The notes under the pieces are model-generated. The model was not told where the DNA came from. It made no database searches and saw only the letters and a list, made by a program, of their open reading frames with translations. A stretch of 62,503 bases of DNA, filler included. It is 6 parts of 6 records of this genome, joined end to end, with 100 filler letters (N's around TTAATTAATTAA, not from the genome) between each part and the next. Parts side by side here need not be neighbours in the genome. Positions count along the whole stretch, not along the records: positions 14,770 to 33,281 come from SRR31156797_9198; 5 more parts are not named here. One strand, written 5' to 3'. Below are positions 21,685-33,381 of the stretch, in pieces; position 1 is the stretch's first letter, and the number at the start of each line of letters is the position of its first letter. The position numbers and the translations under genes were made by a program.

Positions 21685-22803
21685 TTAGAAAAGGACTATC
21701 CTGTCTCTTTCGATACTCAACTGACATTCATCTCCTTCTTTAAGGCTTAGCTCCTCAAAAAACTGATCTGAGACTTCAGCCATCAGGACTTTGCTATGTT
21801 CCTTTAATTCAAGGGCCAATATCTTACTTGACCCTTTATTTTCCATGCTTTTCACAGAAGCATGAAATGAATTCTCCTGCATCTTTGTATCATCCTGGAG
21901 TGCTAAAATTCGCAGTTTTTCAGGGCGAATTCCCCATGAGACCGTTTCTTTAATGTCAGATTCAGGTTTGTTTGCAGTGATTTCCAGGTTTTCACATCTG
22001 ATTGTAATAGTTCCTGCCATTTCATCTTCACTTATTACCGTGGAATCCTCAAAGATATTAGTCAATCCTACAAGCTCTGCCACATGTTTGTTTTTTGGGT
22101 GGTAGAAAACTTCTTCCGGGCTTCCTATCTGCTGAACCCTGCCGTCATGGAATATAACTATCTTGTCGGCTATTGTGAAGGCTTCCACATGGTTGTGGGT
22201 AATGAAAAGCACAGGTATTCCAAGTTCTCTTTGTATCTCCTTTATTTTCTCCCTTAGCTTCATCCGGACAATTCTGTCAAGGGCAGAGAAAGGTTCGTCA
22301 AGCAAAAGTATGTCGGGTTTTGGTGCCAGCGCACGTGCCAATGCAACCCTTTGTTTCTGACCGCCTGATAGTTGTGAAGGGTAATTTTTTTCAAGTCCCT
22401 CTATCTCAAGCATATGGAGCATCTCATTGACCCTGTTCTCTTTTTCCTCCTCGCTCCATCCATTCAGCCCATAGGAGATGTTTCTCTTAACATCCATGTG
22501 GGGGAAAAGGGCATAGCTCTGGAAAACATATCCAAGGCTGCGCTGCTGCACCGGGAGATTTATTCGCTTGTGGCAATCAAAGTAAACATCCTCGTTGACA
22601 ATGATTTTTCCACCATTGGGTTCCATTAATCCTGATATGCACTGAAGGGCAGTGGTTTTCCCGGAACCTGAGCGCCCGAAAAATACAACAAGCTCATCTG
22701 CAGCTTCAAACTTTGCATCCAGTGTGAAAACGGCTTCAATCCCTTTTTTTTTGTCGCTTTTTTCTCTGTAGTAGCGTTTTCTGAAATCTGCTTTAATGCC
22801 CAT
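21685..22803 (-). CDS. modC: Molybdate ABC transporter ATPase with TOBE domain
   Basis: GRSGSGKT, LSGGQKQR and LLDEPF. Downstream of modB. Confidence 0.88.
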   Translation of the reverse strand: MGIKADFRKRYYREKSDKKKGIEAVFTLDAKFEAADELVVFFGRSGSGKTTALQCISGLMEPNGGKIIVNEDVYFDCHKRINLPVQQRSLGYVFQSYALFPHMDVKRNISYGLNGWSEEEKENRVNEMLHMLEIEGLEKNYPSQLSGGQKQRVALARALAPKPDILLLDEPFSALDRIVRMKLREKIKEIQRELGIPVLFITHNHVEAFTIADKIVIFHDGRVQQIGSPEEVFYHPKNKHVAELVGLTNIFEDSTVISEDEMAGTITIRCENLEITANKPESDIKETVSWGIRPEKLRILALQDDTKMQENSFHASVKSMENKGSSKILALELKEHSKVLMAEVSDQFFEELSLKEGDECQLSIERDRIVLF

Positions 22804-22824
22804 AATCACACCTTTGGCCTATTT

Positions 22825-23493
22825 TTATATTTTCCAGTTGTTTATGACCTTTGCAGTAATGGCCATGGAAAGCAGGGACACGCCTATAAGTATTATCACC
22901 AGCAGGTCTGCAAGGTCGTTATTTCCCGCCTGGAATGCGCTGTATATTGAAATTGACATTGTGTTAGTTCTTCCGGGGATATTTCCTGCAAACATCAGTG
23001 TTGCACCAAATTCCCCTACGGCTCTTGCAAAACTGAGTACTATACCTGCAAGTATGCCTTTTTTGGCAAGAGGAAGGGTGATAAAGAGCGCTGTATCAAG
23101 TTCTTTTCTTCCAAGTGTAAAAGCTGCATATTCGTATTCCCTGTCCACTGCTTCTATTGCTGCAGTGGTGGTTTTAACCATAAGTGGCAGGGACACGACA
23201 AAGGCTGCAATGACTGCTGCCTGCCAGGTAAATACTATACTCCATCCTGTAAGGTTGTATAGTATGCTCCCCAGTGCTCCGTTTTTCCCAAGTAACACAA
23301 CCAGAAGGTAGCCTGTAACTGTGGGTGGGAGTACAAGGGGCAATGTCACAAGTATGTCGGCCAGCCATTTCCCACTGAAATCCCGTCTTGCAAGTATGTA
23401 TGCTATAATCATACCTGTAATTGCCACTAATAAAGTTGACAATCCGGCTATTTTCATTGTGATTAGCAGGGGAAATATTATCTGGTCAAACAT
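22825..23493 (-). CDS. modB: Molybdate ABC transporter permease
   Basis: LPLVLPPTVTGY and FARAVGEFGAT. Start MFDQ at 23493. Confidence 0.92.
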   Translation of the reverse strand: MFDQIIFPLLITMKIAGLSTLLVAITGMIIAYILARRDFSGKWLADILVTLPLVLPPTVTGYLLVVLLGKNGALGSILYNLTGWSIVFTWQAAVIAAFVVSLPLMVKTTTAAIEAVDREYEYAAFTLGRKELDTALFITLPLAKKGILAGIVLSFARAVGEFGATLMFAGNIPGRTNTMSISIYSAFQAGNNDLADLLVIILIGVSLLSMAITAKVINNWKI

Positions 23494-23506
23494 TGTTTTT
23501 TTCCGT

Positions 23507-24313
23507 TTAAGCCGTGAATCCGTAAGATTCGAGTATTGCAGTTCCTTCACCGGAAGCAACGAAGTCTGCAAATGTCTGCGCTTCTTTCTGGTGTTCTGAT
23601 GAGGCAACAACTGCAATAGGGTAACTGATTGGTGTAACTGTTGGTATTGTTGCTTTTACCTCGATGGTTCCTTCTTCTGCTGTTGCAGCGTCTGTGCTGT
23701 AAACAAACCCAGCGTCAACCTCTCCTCTTTCAACATATACAAGCACCTGTTTTACATCATCTGCAAGTAATGTCCTGGACTTAAGCCCGTCCCACAGGTC
23801 TGCTTCCTCAAGAGCTTCAACTGTGTATTTTCCTACGGGTGCTGTCTCAGGGTTTCCTATGCTTATTGTTTTCACATCATCTGACAGGAGGTCTTCAGGT
23901 TCTGTTATAGCCGGTTCACCATCAACTGGTGTTATCATAACAACTGTATTTGCTGCAAAGTCCTTTCTTGAGCTTTCTACTATCAAGGACTGGCTGCTTA
24001 ATAAATCCATATGGCTTTGCGATGCAGAAGCAAACACATCAATAGGTGCTCCACCTTCAATCTGCATCCTGAGAGTTCCGGATCCTGCAAAGTTGTATTT
24101 TATGTCGATGTCCGGGTTTTTGTCTTCAAATGCAGTTTCCAGTTCGGTGAAGGCTTCAGTCAGACTTGCTGCTGCAGATACTGTAATTATTGTGGCTTCA
24201 TCAGTATTTGCTTCAACCTCGCCGTTGGTATTAGTATCTGTGCATCCGCTGGCAAACACTAAAAGTGTCAGTATGGCTGCAATAGCCAGAATATGGTTTT
24301 TTTTGGATCTCAT
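23507..24313 (-). CDS. modA: Molybdate-binding lipoprotein
   Basis: Lipobox FASGC, then SAAASL, FAGSGTL, GNPETAPVG and GFVYSTD. Confidence 0.92.
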   Translation of the reverse strand: MRSKKNHILAIAAILTLLVFASGCTDTNTNGEVEANTDEATIITVSAAASLTEAFTELETAFEDKNPDIDIKYNFAGSGTLRMQIEGGAPIDVFASASQSHMDLLSSQSLIVESSRKDFAANTVVMITPVDGEPAITEPEDLLSDDVKTISIGNPETAPVGKYTVEALEEADLWDGLKSRTLLADDVKQVLVYVERGEVDAGFVYSTDAATAEEGTIEVKATIPTVTPISYPIAVVASSEHQKEAQTFADFVASGEGTAILESYGFTA

Positions 24314-24370
24314 AATAGTTACCTTCTGAATGTTTGGGTCGAAATGAACCAGGATGTTCATAATCAACTC

Positions 24371-24394
24371 CGTTATGTTCTTCAAAACATAACG
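24371..24394. promoter_or_regulatory. ModE-type operator palindrome upstream of modA
   Basis: Perfect inverted repeat CGTTATGTT-N6-AACATAACG, resembling the ModE consensus CGnTATATA-N6-TATATAnCG. Confidence 0.7.
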
Positions 24395-24544
24395 CTATTC
24401 CCATTTATTCAGATATAAGTTTTTCCTGGTGACAGCTGATTAAAGCTACCTTCGGTCTATACATCAATTAGAATAGACGATCTGCAGGTTAAATATGTAT
24501 CCAAAAAAAAAGGTAGCAGTAATGAATACTGCAAAAAACAAATT

Positions 24545-24976
24545 TTACTCTTCGACAACGGTGACCTTTTTCATCACATCTTTTGGTTTGATCTTATTGA
24601 CAACATCCATGCCTTCGATGACCTTACCAAAAACAGTGTGCACGCCGTCAAGGTGTGGCTGTGGTGAGTGTGTGATGAAGAACTGGCTTCCACCTGTGTT
24701 CTTTCCGGCATGTGCCATTGAAAGTGAACCAGTACCGTGTTTCTGTGGATTACCCTTTGTCTCGCATTTGATGGAGTATCCGGGACCGCCTGTTCCGTCT
24801 CCCTTTGGACATCCTCCCTGGATCACAAAGTTCGGGATGACCCTGTGGAATGTAATTCCGTCATAGAAGCCTTTATTGATGAGCTTCTCAAAGTTTTCCA
24901 CGGTTTTTGGTGCATCCTTCTCGAACAGTTCCAGAGTGATAGTTCCTTTGTCGGTTTCGATGATTGCTTTCTTCAT
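24545..24976 (-). CDS. Cyclophilin-type peptidyl-prolyl isomerase
   Basis: [25 protein letters not shown] and HTVFG. Start MKKAII. Confidence 0.94.
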   Translation of the reverse strand: MKKAIIETDKGTITLELFEKDAPKTVENFEKLINKGFYDGITFHRVIPNFVIQGGCPKGDGTGGPGYSIKCETKGNPQKHGTGSLSMAHAGKNTGGSQFFITHSPQPHLDGVHTVFGKVIEGMDVVNKIKPKDVMKKVTVVEE

Positions 24977-25050
24977 GAGTTTCACCTTGATTGGATTTCT
25001 TAATGAATGTCGCTGATTTAAGTGTTTCCGTGGAATATATATTTTAAAAT

Positions 25051-26520
25051 TCACTCCAGACTGGCTTCCAGTTCACTGCTGGTTATGTGCAGGTATGTGA
25101 TTAGATTGCCACCGGCATCGTAGATCAATGTGTACGTGGACTGATCCTCAACGATCTTGGCGTTATTTTTCTGGTTCCATGTACATTCAATTTTCCCATT
25201 CTGTGCCATGAGTTTCATGTAATGATTTGTTATATTGTAGAGTGGGTATACATCACCATCCGCAATAGTTACATTTGGTAGCATTGTAGTTGGGCTTGTT
25301 TCGTTCCAGGAGAATTCTTCTCCGGGATTATCATAATATTCAAGCATATATGTCTTGTTAAGAAGATCAAATGTACTGTTTGCTGCTTTAATGTTAAGTG
25401 GGTCTTCATATATTTTGAACTCACTTGCACCATTCGTCTTCCATGTTTCTATGTCAGCACTCACAGATAAGTCTGAATATTCAATAACATCAATCTTATT
25501 TTTCTTTATTTCATAGTAAAGCTTCTTTGTCCCGGAAGTTGCCGTGACCTCTGTTGTCACAGAGTTGAAGTTTGAGGCTTCTCCATCTTCATCCTCATAG
25601 TAAAATGAGAAGTTGTACATAGGGTCTGGATTTGAAGAATTCAATTTTATTATTCTGAATGAACTTGCAAGAGGGAATGTACCCATTGGTGGCAATGAGC
25701 TGAGCTGTATTACTGTAGTCTGGTTACCATGGTCCAGTGCTATGTTTGATGCAGTCAGGGACTCGGCATATTTTGCCCATCCATCGTAGAATTCGCTGTT
25801 GATGTAGATCAGTATCTCATCTGATCCCAGGGGATTTGTGAAATTGCCATCAATTGTAGCATTTGGGAATAGGGTCTCAGGTGAATTGGATGAACGCACC
25901 ACTATGGTTGTCTCCGTTGAACCTGATACTGAGTTATTTCCTGTTATTCTCATAATTGGAAGTGTAAGTGTCTGGTAATTATAGTGGAATTCTGGTGGGG
26001 ATACCATTATTGTGTTTCCATTTTCATATTTGGACCAGACTCCTCCGCCTTCATAAGCAATTATTCGGTCACCGGTTTCATATCTGATTTTTCCCATTGG
26101 TATTGTTGAATTATACCCCGCAAAATCAGGTTCATTCTTGTAGCTCTCCCATGACCTCCATAAATGACTCTTATTATAATACTCGTTGTACCACGCAGAG
26201 TCGGAATTAAGTGCAATAATCATTATCTGGCTTTCATTATATGCATCATTATCACCCATTACTTCTAGGTTGCCTCCCATCATAGAAACACTGGTCGTCT
26301 GGAGGGGAGATTCTCCCAGGGATGCCTTGCTTAATCTTGAATCAAATACCGTAAAAGCCTGTTCTATCTTCTGCGCTTTAGCTATATCCTGCATATCGCT
26401 GATAGCAGGAATCGTATAGAGAATAATTATGGATATGGATAGTAAGGTAATTAGCAGTAGTATAATAACTCCAACAACAGATGAAACAGCTTTCTCATTT
26501 GCAAATTTCTTCCATCTCAT
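25051..26520 (-). CDS. Large archaeal protein with class III (pilin-like) signal peptide
   Basis: EKA/VSSVVG followed by a hydrophobic helix. Shares an IAYExxGV segment with its neighbour. Confidence 0.75.
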   Translation of the reverse strand: MRWKKFANEKAVSSVVGVIILLLITLLSISIIILYTIPAISDMQDIAKAQKIEQAFTVFDSRLSKASLGESPLQTTSVSMMGGNLEVMGDNDAYNESQIMIIALNSDSAWYNEYYNKSHLWRSWESYKNEPDFAGYNSTIPMGKIRYETGDRIIAYEGGGVWSKYENGNTIMVSPPEFHYNYQTLTLPIMRITGNNSVSGSTETTIVVRSSNSPETLFPNATIDGNFTNPLGSDEILIYINSEFYDGWAKYAESLTASNIALDHGNQTTVIQLSSLPPMGTFPLASSFRIIKLNSSNPDPMYNFSFYYEDEDGEASNFNSVTTEVTATSGTKKLYYEIKKNKIDVIEYSDLSVSADIETWKTNGASEFKIYEDPLNIKAANSTFDLLNKTYMLEYYDNPGEEFSWNETSPTTMLPNVTIADGDVYPLYNITNHYMKLMAQNGKIECTWNQKNNAKIVEDQSTYTLIYDAGGNLITYLHITSSELEASLE

Positions 26521-26537
26521 TTTCTATCACCTATTCT

Positions 26538-27305
26538 CTACCTGATTACGATATCCATTGGAGCTTCAACTATAAAGACATCAATATTCTGTCCATACGC
26601 CTTGCTTGCAATTATAGTACTGTTTGCTTCATCTTCTTTTATTGACATGTTCATTGTTGTGTTCAGGTAATCTCCCCAGGCCTGGTAGTAGTCACTGCTT
26701 ATTGTTATGTTCACCTGTGACACGTTATGGTAGCTTTCAATTGTTCTTCTCCCACCATTTGCAGTAATGCTTACAAGCCCTGAGCCGGAAATGAATGAAT
26801 TACCTGACAGACTTGAGCAGGGTATGAGCAGTACTCCATCTGATAAACTGAAGGACGGTTCCATTTTTGTTATGGCTCTTCCCCAGGTATATCTGGCCAT
26901 TACTCCTGTATTCTCATATGCAATAGAAGTGTCCTGGTATCTGCTTTCTATGGTTCCCATATGTTTTCCAAAGGTCTCAGTTCCATAGGAGCTATTTGAT
27001 GAATTCCATGTCTGCATACTTACATCCATATAACTGGCACTAGTAACTGAAATATAGCCGCCATACATTTTCAGCTCAATTGACTGTGATGGGGATATAC
27101 CCTTAACCACCTTGTTGATATTGGGGGCAAGAACCTGGTAACTCTGTATAATATTCTCTGAATGCTGTTTATCCTGTGTACTTTTTATAAGGGGCACACC
27201 TGCAACTACAATTATGGCAGCTGCGAGAAGCATAATACTTAGTATAATGCTAAAATCGACAAGTTCCGATACAGCATCTTCAGAGTTTAGGTTTCTTACT
27301 GTCAT
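26538..27305 (-). CDS. Archaeal pilin-like protein
   Basis: EDA/VSELVD plus hydrophobic helix, and IAYENTGV. Confidence 0.75.
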   Translation of the reverse strand: MTVRNLNSEDAVSELVDFSIILSIMLLAAAIIVVAGVPLIKSTQDKQHSENIIQSYQVLAPNINKVVKGISPSQSIELKMYGGYISVTSASYMDVSMQTWNSSNSSYGTETFGKHMGTIESRYQDTSIAYENTGVMARYTWGRAITKMEPSFSLSDGVLLIPCSSLSGNSFISGSGLVSITANGGRRTIESYHNVSQVNITISSDYYQAWGDYLNTTMNMSIKEDEANSTIIASKAYGQNIDVFIVEAPMDIVIR

Positions 27306-27318
27306 TATTATCCCTTAA

Positions 27319-27804
27319 TCATTCAGAAGCCTGTATTTTTAGCATGTTTGAGTCCGGGTTATAGGACAATTCAAAATATTCTGCTCCACTATACATTTTC
27401 GTATATGACACATTAACCACAGTTGTTACATAGGACACTCTCACAACGGTATTACGGTCAGTTTCAGATTCAAATATTATCTCGTTTGTAGCATTTACGA
27501 TTTCCACTGAATATTGTTTATTGGCGATTTCAGGAGGTAGTGGGAACCGGTGGCTGATCTCTGCGACATACCCACCATGATTTTTAGCAATCTGTACAGC
27601 AGTGTCGATATTTGATATCTGTAATGCCATATCGTTACCATGTATCTCAAACTGGTTGCGTGCCACAATACTTTCTTGCCTGTCCATCATAGTGTAGAAA
27701 GAATTAACAACGAGAACCAGAGTTATCACAGTTACTGCGAACAATAGCATGGCTCCTACTGAGATCGACACTGCATTTTCGTCATTGATAAGTCTTCCAG
27801 TCAT
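27319..27804 (-). CDS. Archaeal pilin-like protein
   Basis: ENA/VSISVG plus hydrophobic helix. Confidence 0.75.
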   Translation of the reverse strand: MTGRLINDENAVSISVGAMLLFAVTVITLVLVVNSFYTMMDRQESIVARNQFEIHGNDMALQISNIDTAVQIAKNHGGYVAEISHRFPLPPEIANKQYSVEIVNATNEIIFESETDRNTVVRVSYVTTVVNVSYTKMYSGAEYFELSYNPDSNMLKIQASE

Positions 27805-28655
27805 ACTTGTCCCTTTGGTAATACTATCGGTATCACAAAGCTTCCCTTTAGCTTCCCGTCCTTGTTCATTCTAATCTTCACTTCGATAACATCGATGCGT
27901 TCAATTTCAAAGCTATTGTTATTGAGTTTATTACCTGATGTCAGACAGGTACCCGAAGCCTGATCTCCATTAATTATATTGATGCTGTAATTCTGTCCCG
28001 CGGTTCTGCTTGTAAAGTAGTAGTTGAAGCCGGAACTACCATCTATCAGGTTTGCAGTGATGTTGAGTTCTCCGCTTACACTTTCTCCTGAATTTAGGAT
28101 GTTCACTCCGTCGGTAACTGTAACGTTTACTCCACCGGTAGAATTGAAAAAACTTGCAGACCAGATTGTTCCTGATTTGTTAACGGCCTGAACGGTAAAT
28201 CTGTTTGATGAATTGTTTATCGAAGAAGTATTGATAGCCATGAGGAAAAGGTCTGTATTGTTAACCCTCCTTGCCATTGTCCAGTTACTTTCTCCGTCAA
28301 TGAGTCCATTCTCAGTGAAATAGGGTTCCTGGAAATTTCCATTCTCTAAAGTGTAAATAGCTCCTGAAAATGCAGAAGCTTCACTCATTTTGAGAGTATA
28401 TATATCAAGATAATCGTTGAATTTAGTTTCATTCAGGGAGCCATTGAATGCAGATGAATACGCCTTTTCGTATGCATCAATTGTTATCTGGATACTATTT
28501 GAAAGTGGGAATACGTTGGTTTCGACACTTGATTCAGATGCGGTATTACTGGCATAAATGATGTTATTAAGCAGAAGTGTCAGCACTACGATAGCAAGAC
28601 CTATGGCAAAACTGGAGATTAATATCATTTGTGCAGAATTATCTGATTTTTTCAT
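27801..28655 (-). CDS. Archaeal pilin-like protein
   Basis: NSA/QMILI plus hydrophobic helix. Many N-x-S/T sequons. Confidence 0.7.
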   Translation of the reverse strand: MKKSDNSAQMILISSFAIGLAIVVLTLLLNNIIYASNTASESSVETNVFPLSNSIQITIDAYEKAYSSAFNGSLNETKFNDYLDIYTLKMSEASAFSGAIYTLENGNFQEPYFTENGLIDGESNWTMARRVNNTDLFLMAINTSSINNSSNRFTVQAVNKSGTIWSASFFNSTGGVNVTVTDGVNILNSGESVSGELNITANLIDGSSGFNYYFTSRTAGQNYSINIINGDQASGTCLTSGNKLNNNSFEIERIDVIEVKIRMNKDGKLKGSFVIPIVLPKGQV

Positions 28656-28670
28656 GTAAACACCTTTGTC

Positions 28671-29285
28671 TCACATTCTCCATAGGGTAAGCTTCACATT
28701 AACGAGAGTATAGAAATCAGTACCTGGATCTATGTCTCCAATACCTGTATCTGCCACAAATTGTGATTGGTCTGGAATATCAGAGTTTGAGATCAGAACT
28801 ATTTTTGATATTGTAACTGCATTGTTCGAAGGCTGCCCATTATAAATATAAGGCAAAGCAATCGTGTTCCCATTGTTATCTATCCATGTGAATTCGACAT
28901 TGTGGGCTATTCCTTTGGGAACAACTGTTGTTCTGAGTACGTCAGCTATTGAGCTGTTGGTAAGGATTTTATTATTATTATTTGCATACGTCACACTGTT
29001 CCAGGTATATCCGTCTCCATCCCAGCTGAGTATATCATTTTTCAGTTCAGATGTGTCTCCATCCTGGGAATAATCGATTATATTCAATATATCCTGCCCA
29101 AGGGTGTAAAGCTGCGTTTCTACGTGTGCGTTGGCAGTTGAAGAAGTAAGTGGTGTCAGGGAGGTTGCCTGTACCGAGAAAATAATAACTCCAATTATTA
29201 TTGTGACCGAAATGATAGCCTCTAGCGTATATATCTGTGCCAGGTTCTTAGTGCTATTATCGAGTGTCTTCACTTCTTTATCCAT
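28671..29285 (-). CDS. Archaeal pilin-like protein
   Basis: NLA/QIYTLE plus hydrophobic helix. C-terminus VKLTLWRM. Confidence 0.72.
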   Translation of the reverse strand: MDKEVKTLDNSTKNLAQIYTLEAIISVTIIIGVIIFSVQATSLTPLTSSTANAHVETQLYTLGQDILNIIDYSQDGDTSELKNDILSWDGDGYTWNSVTYANNNNKILTNSSIADVLRTTVVPKGIAHNVEFTWIDNNGNTIALPYIYNGQPSNNAVTISKIVLISNSDIPDQSQFVADTGIGDIDPGTDFYTLVNVKLTLWRM

Positions 29286-29286
29286 G

Positions 29287-29754
29287 TTACCACACTCTCA
29301 CGGACAGAGTTGCCATTGACACATTCCCAGTGTTCTCATCCCTTACAAGTACTATTCTTTTAGTCTGTCCTATGTTCAGGTTACCTGATAATGCATCGCC
29401 TTCCTGATACATGATGCCTGTTTCATTCTCGATACTAACGTTAAGGTCATAACGCAGATAGGTTCCATTCAGTCCATAGTAGTCAATTGTTCCTGGATAA
29501 TTGGCATTGAATTGAAGGAAGAATGTCCTGGTTTTTGTGTCGCTAAGAAGATTTGTGGTGCCAGGATCACCTGCAGTTAGCGTTTGTTCCACTATGTTTG
29601 TAGCAACTCGGTCGGCTATAAGTGTAATCTCATCTGAGTTCGACTGGAAAGGAGTAAACAGTCCTGTAGTATAAGTGAATACAAAGATTATGCCCATCAG
29701 AAATATTGATATTCCGATGATATAATCAATATCCATCTGTCCCTGGTCATTCAC
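29287..29754 (-). CDS. Archaeal pilin-like protein
   Basis: DQG/QMDID plus hydrophobic helix. C-terminus LSVRVW. Confidence 0.72.
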   Translation of the reverse strand: MNDQGQMDIDYIIGISIFLMGIIFVFTYTTGLFTPFQSNSDEITLIADRVATNIVEQTLTAGDPGTTNLLSDTKTRTFFLQFNANYPGTIDYYGLNGTYLRYDLNVSIENETGIMYQEGDALSGNLNIGQTKRIVLVRDENTGNVSMATLSVRVW

Positions 29755-30076
29755 ACTATTCCCCTTCTTTATATATTATGTTCAATTATATATAATTATC
29801 ATCGAGGAAATGGTTTTAAATGTTGCATGATTTCAGCTATGTGACACTATACAGTTAGCATGCTTGTCTACTGCATACCATCAGTTACATGTTATTATCT
29901 CTATTTTTCTGAAAACGTCATGTACTAATTTTAGCAAGTTCCATTTAGAAAGTTGTACTTGCAAGATAGTATACTAACTATTTTATATTAGAATCTACAT
30001 ATATTCACTACTTTATTATTATAATTATCTCTATTTATACTGGGTTGGTAGATTAAAGGGAAATTTGAGGTATTTT

Positions 30077-33000
30077 ATGGCTCACTTAAAAATGATATTA
30101 TACATGTTCGCAGTCTTTTGTTTACTTTCAATATCCGCTTTTGCGCTGGATGTGGAATTTCTAACGGCCGATGTTCAAAGCAATGCAGGTGAATCTGTCA
30201 ATCTCAGTGTGTTAGCCACATACGGTGGCAATGCAACACCTGTCAACAATTCACTGGTGAATTTGTCTACTGATCTGGGGATTCTGAGTTCTCCTTCGGT
30301 ATATACTAATTCTTCAGGTATTGCAGAGTTCATACTAAACTCCACAGTTACAGGATTTGCTCATGTGAATGCAAGTGTAGGAAGTGATTACGGTCTTGCA
30401 AATGTTACATTTGTGTCAGGGAATGTTAACTCTCTTCTGGTTGAAGCCAATCAATCTGTCAACGCTGCAGGAAATATAACCAACATCACAATATATCCGG
30501 TTGACATTTTTGGAAATACAAATTCAAGCGAGCTAATTTCTTTAAATATAATAGTAAATGACAGGTTTGGATCCGAGCTTCACAATATTGATATACCTGT
30601 AACAGTAGGAAACGTAAAACTCTTTGAAGTCAGTAAAACAAATTCAAGTTCAGCATACGTCAATGGTTCATCTGATGCTGCTGTTTTACAACTCAATTCT
30701 ACAATTACCGGAGATATATATATCACATCCACGGCAGGCTCAGCTTCAAACAATACGCACATTCAGATAGTTCCCGCTTCTCCCAAATTGATGAGGATTT
30801 CATATGATTCTGATCATACCGTTGATACAAGTTCAAACCTGAATGTTATAGTCTATGACATATATTCAAATCCAATAGAAAATGCCATTGTACTGTTCAA
30901 TGTAAGTTCACCTGAAAATACAGTTTATAATAGTCCGCAAACATACAATTCTGCCAGCATCAGTTCCGGTATAGGATTAACAGATATCTATGGCCAGTAT
31001 AACAATGTCTTTACCACGGACAGGAGAGCAGGTAGTAATATTGTGAATATCAGTGTTGTAAACAGTTCACTCCAGCACAATGTTACAATAAGGGGTCTTG
31101 CAGATAACATTGACAGACTTGACCTGATAACATCTCCTGCTTCCGCAATAGCCAACAATATTGATTATTATACATTGTCAGCAAGACCAGTAGATCAGTT
31201 CCTCAATCCTATTATTCCTCTTACAAGTTCAATTAGTGAACAGGTAAGATTTACTACTTCCAGTCGCTCTGTACTAATACCTTTAAACTCAATGGGCCGT
31301 GCAAATATTCAACTTGGTCCAACTCCTTATGTAGAGTCTGTTTCGGTTACGGCCACTTACAGGAATGCATCAGGATATACTGGTTTTACCAATTCCACTC
31401 ATGCGACATTTACGGTTGATGAACTGGATTCAATTGGTGTTTATGCTGTTCCTAATGCAGTACTTGACCAGACACAAAATGGTAACCACAACTCTACAAT
31501 TACTGTAGTTGCCCTGGATCAGTGGGGTCACACATTACCTGATATTCCTGTACTTCTTAACAACACTAACACAAGTGCAGGTACATTGAGAGCAGATGGT
31601 TTTGCAGGTACTAATTATATAAACACCTCTACAAATACGGAGGGACGTTTGTATGCCACTTTTACAGGCAATATTTCAGGAAACACCACTATTATCGCCA
31701 CAGCTGATGGCCTGATCCAGCAGACAAATATTACGGTCAAGGATGAACCTTTCCTGAGTATTAATATTACCACCAGTCCAACAAATATCACTACCGGGTC
31801 TATTGTAAATGTTACTACTATTATCTCGGTGGAAGGTGAACTCCCAATAACAAGGCCAACTGCAAGTGCCATGCTTGTTCTTGACCGCTCCGGTAGTATG
31901 GATCCTGATTACTATGCAGGAGAACCTCTTGATGTTGTCCTTGTAATGGACCGTTCCGGAAGTATGTCGGGAACCCCTATTGCCGACGCAAAGACTGCAG
32001 CCAAAAGTTTTGTAGATCACCTTGCTTCAAATGCACAGATTGGACTTGTTTCGTTTGCAGGTTCCAGTTCCACGGACCTTGGTCTGATCCATCTTAATTC
32101 ATATTCAAATAATACTCTTGCACACTCTTCCATTGATTCTATAGTAGATGGCGGTTCAACCGCAATGGGTGAAGGTATGGGTGATGCAAATGATATTTTG
32201 ATCAACAACGGTCGTCTAAGCTCCAAAAAGGCCATGGTTGTCCTTACTGATGGTAATACCAATGCAGGTGAGGATCAACGCGGTGATAATGCAATTAACG
32301 ATGCTCTTGCAAATGGAATTACAATTTATACAATAGGTCTTGGAAACAACCTTGACGAATCTCTTTTGCAGCACATTGCAGATGAAACCGGTGGTAAATA
32401 CTACAATGCACCGACAAGTTCTGAACTAAAGGCAATCTATGCGAGCATTGCCCAGGAATTGAGTGATTATGACGCTGCAGATGTTGAGTTTGGATCAGAT
32501 GGTTTCACTCCTTATGATCATACTTTCCATGGTACGCTAGAAATGAATACTTCTCTAAGCGAGGAGAACATATCTCTTCAGTTTGAAGGACAGGATTTTG
32601 ATTATGTTTTTGATGCAGGCTCCAATTATGGTGGAGCAAGTGCCGGAGAGGCTCTTGTACAGCTCAACGGAGAAAACTTCACACTGATCCCGTCTTCAAA
32701 TACGGGAATAGATGGACAATGGGAAGATTTCCAGTATAATCTTAGTGGCCTTTTGAATCCCGTTTCAAACAACCTGTCATTTTATGATTATCATCATCTT
32801 ATCATGGGTTCAGGCTATGACGGTTCCCTAAGGAATATAGAGATAGTCTGGGAAGGTCATGTACTGGCACAGGACAGTAACTCAGTTCAGCTAAGCAATA
32901 TACCGTATGATTTTTCATGGGATATGCCTTACTTTGATAATTCCTACAATGAGACTTTCCTTATCAATGAAACCATCAATGATCTTAAGGTGCAGCTTGA

Positions 33001-33281
33001 TTGGGTAAATAGTTCTAATGATCTTAGTCTCAGACTTACAAGCCCATCAGGACATGTCTATAGTATAACTAACGATAGTCGCGGATACTATGTAGAAGAC
33101 AACAACACAGAATACATCTGGGTCAGGCCTGTATTCACCACATATCCCGAAGATGACGTTGATACCGTTGAAATTGGTAACTGGACTGTCAGGGTCATAG
33201 GCCTTGGTGAAGGTACAGAGGACTTTACAATTACAACTTATGTCGATAAGAAGAGTGCAACCCAGCTTTCATCTCATGCCT
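30077..33281 (+). CDS. Secreted Ig-like/vWA surface protein (3' truncated)
   Basis: Sec signal peptide, invasin-type Ig-like beta repeats, two DRSGSM MIDAS motifs, and LTDG, IYTIGLG and IADETGG vWA motifs. Confidence 0.85.
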
Positions 33282-33381
33282 NNNNNNNNNNNNNNNNNNN
33301 NNNNNNNNNNNNNNNNNNNNNNNNNTTAATTAATTAANNNNNNNNNNNNNNNNNNNNNNNNNNNNNNNNNNNNNNNNNNNN
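33282..33381. other. Artificial contig spacer
   Basis: N-run with TTAATTAATTAA linker. Confidence 0.99.

Noticed and set aside
8658-24313. A large molybdenum island (moaA-E, moeA, modABC)
   Set aside because: The genes lie on different contigs, one Vibrio and one archaeal, so the proximity is coincidental.
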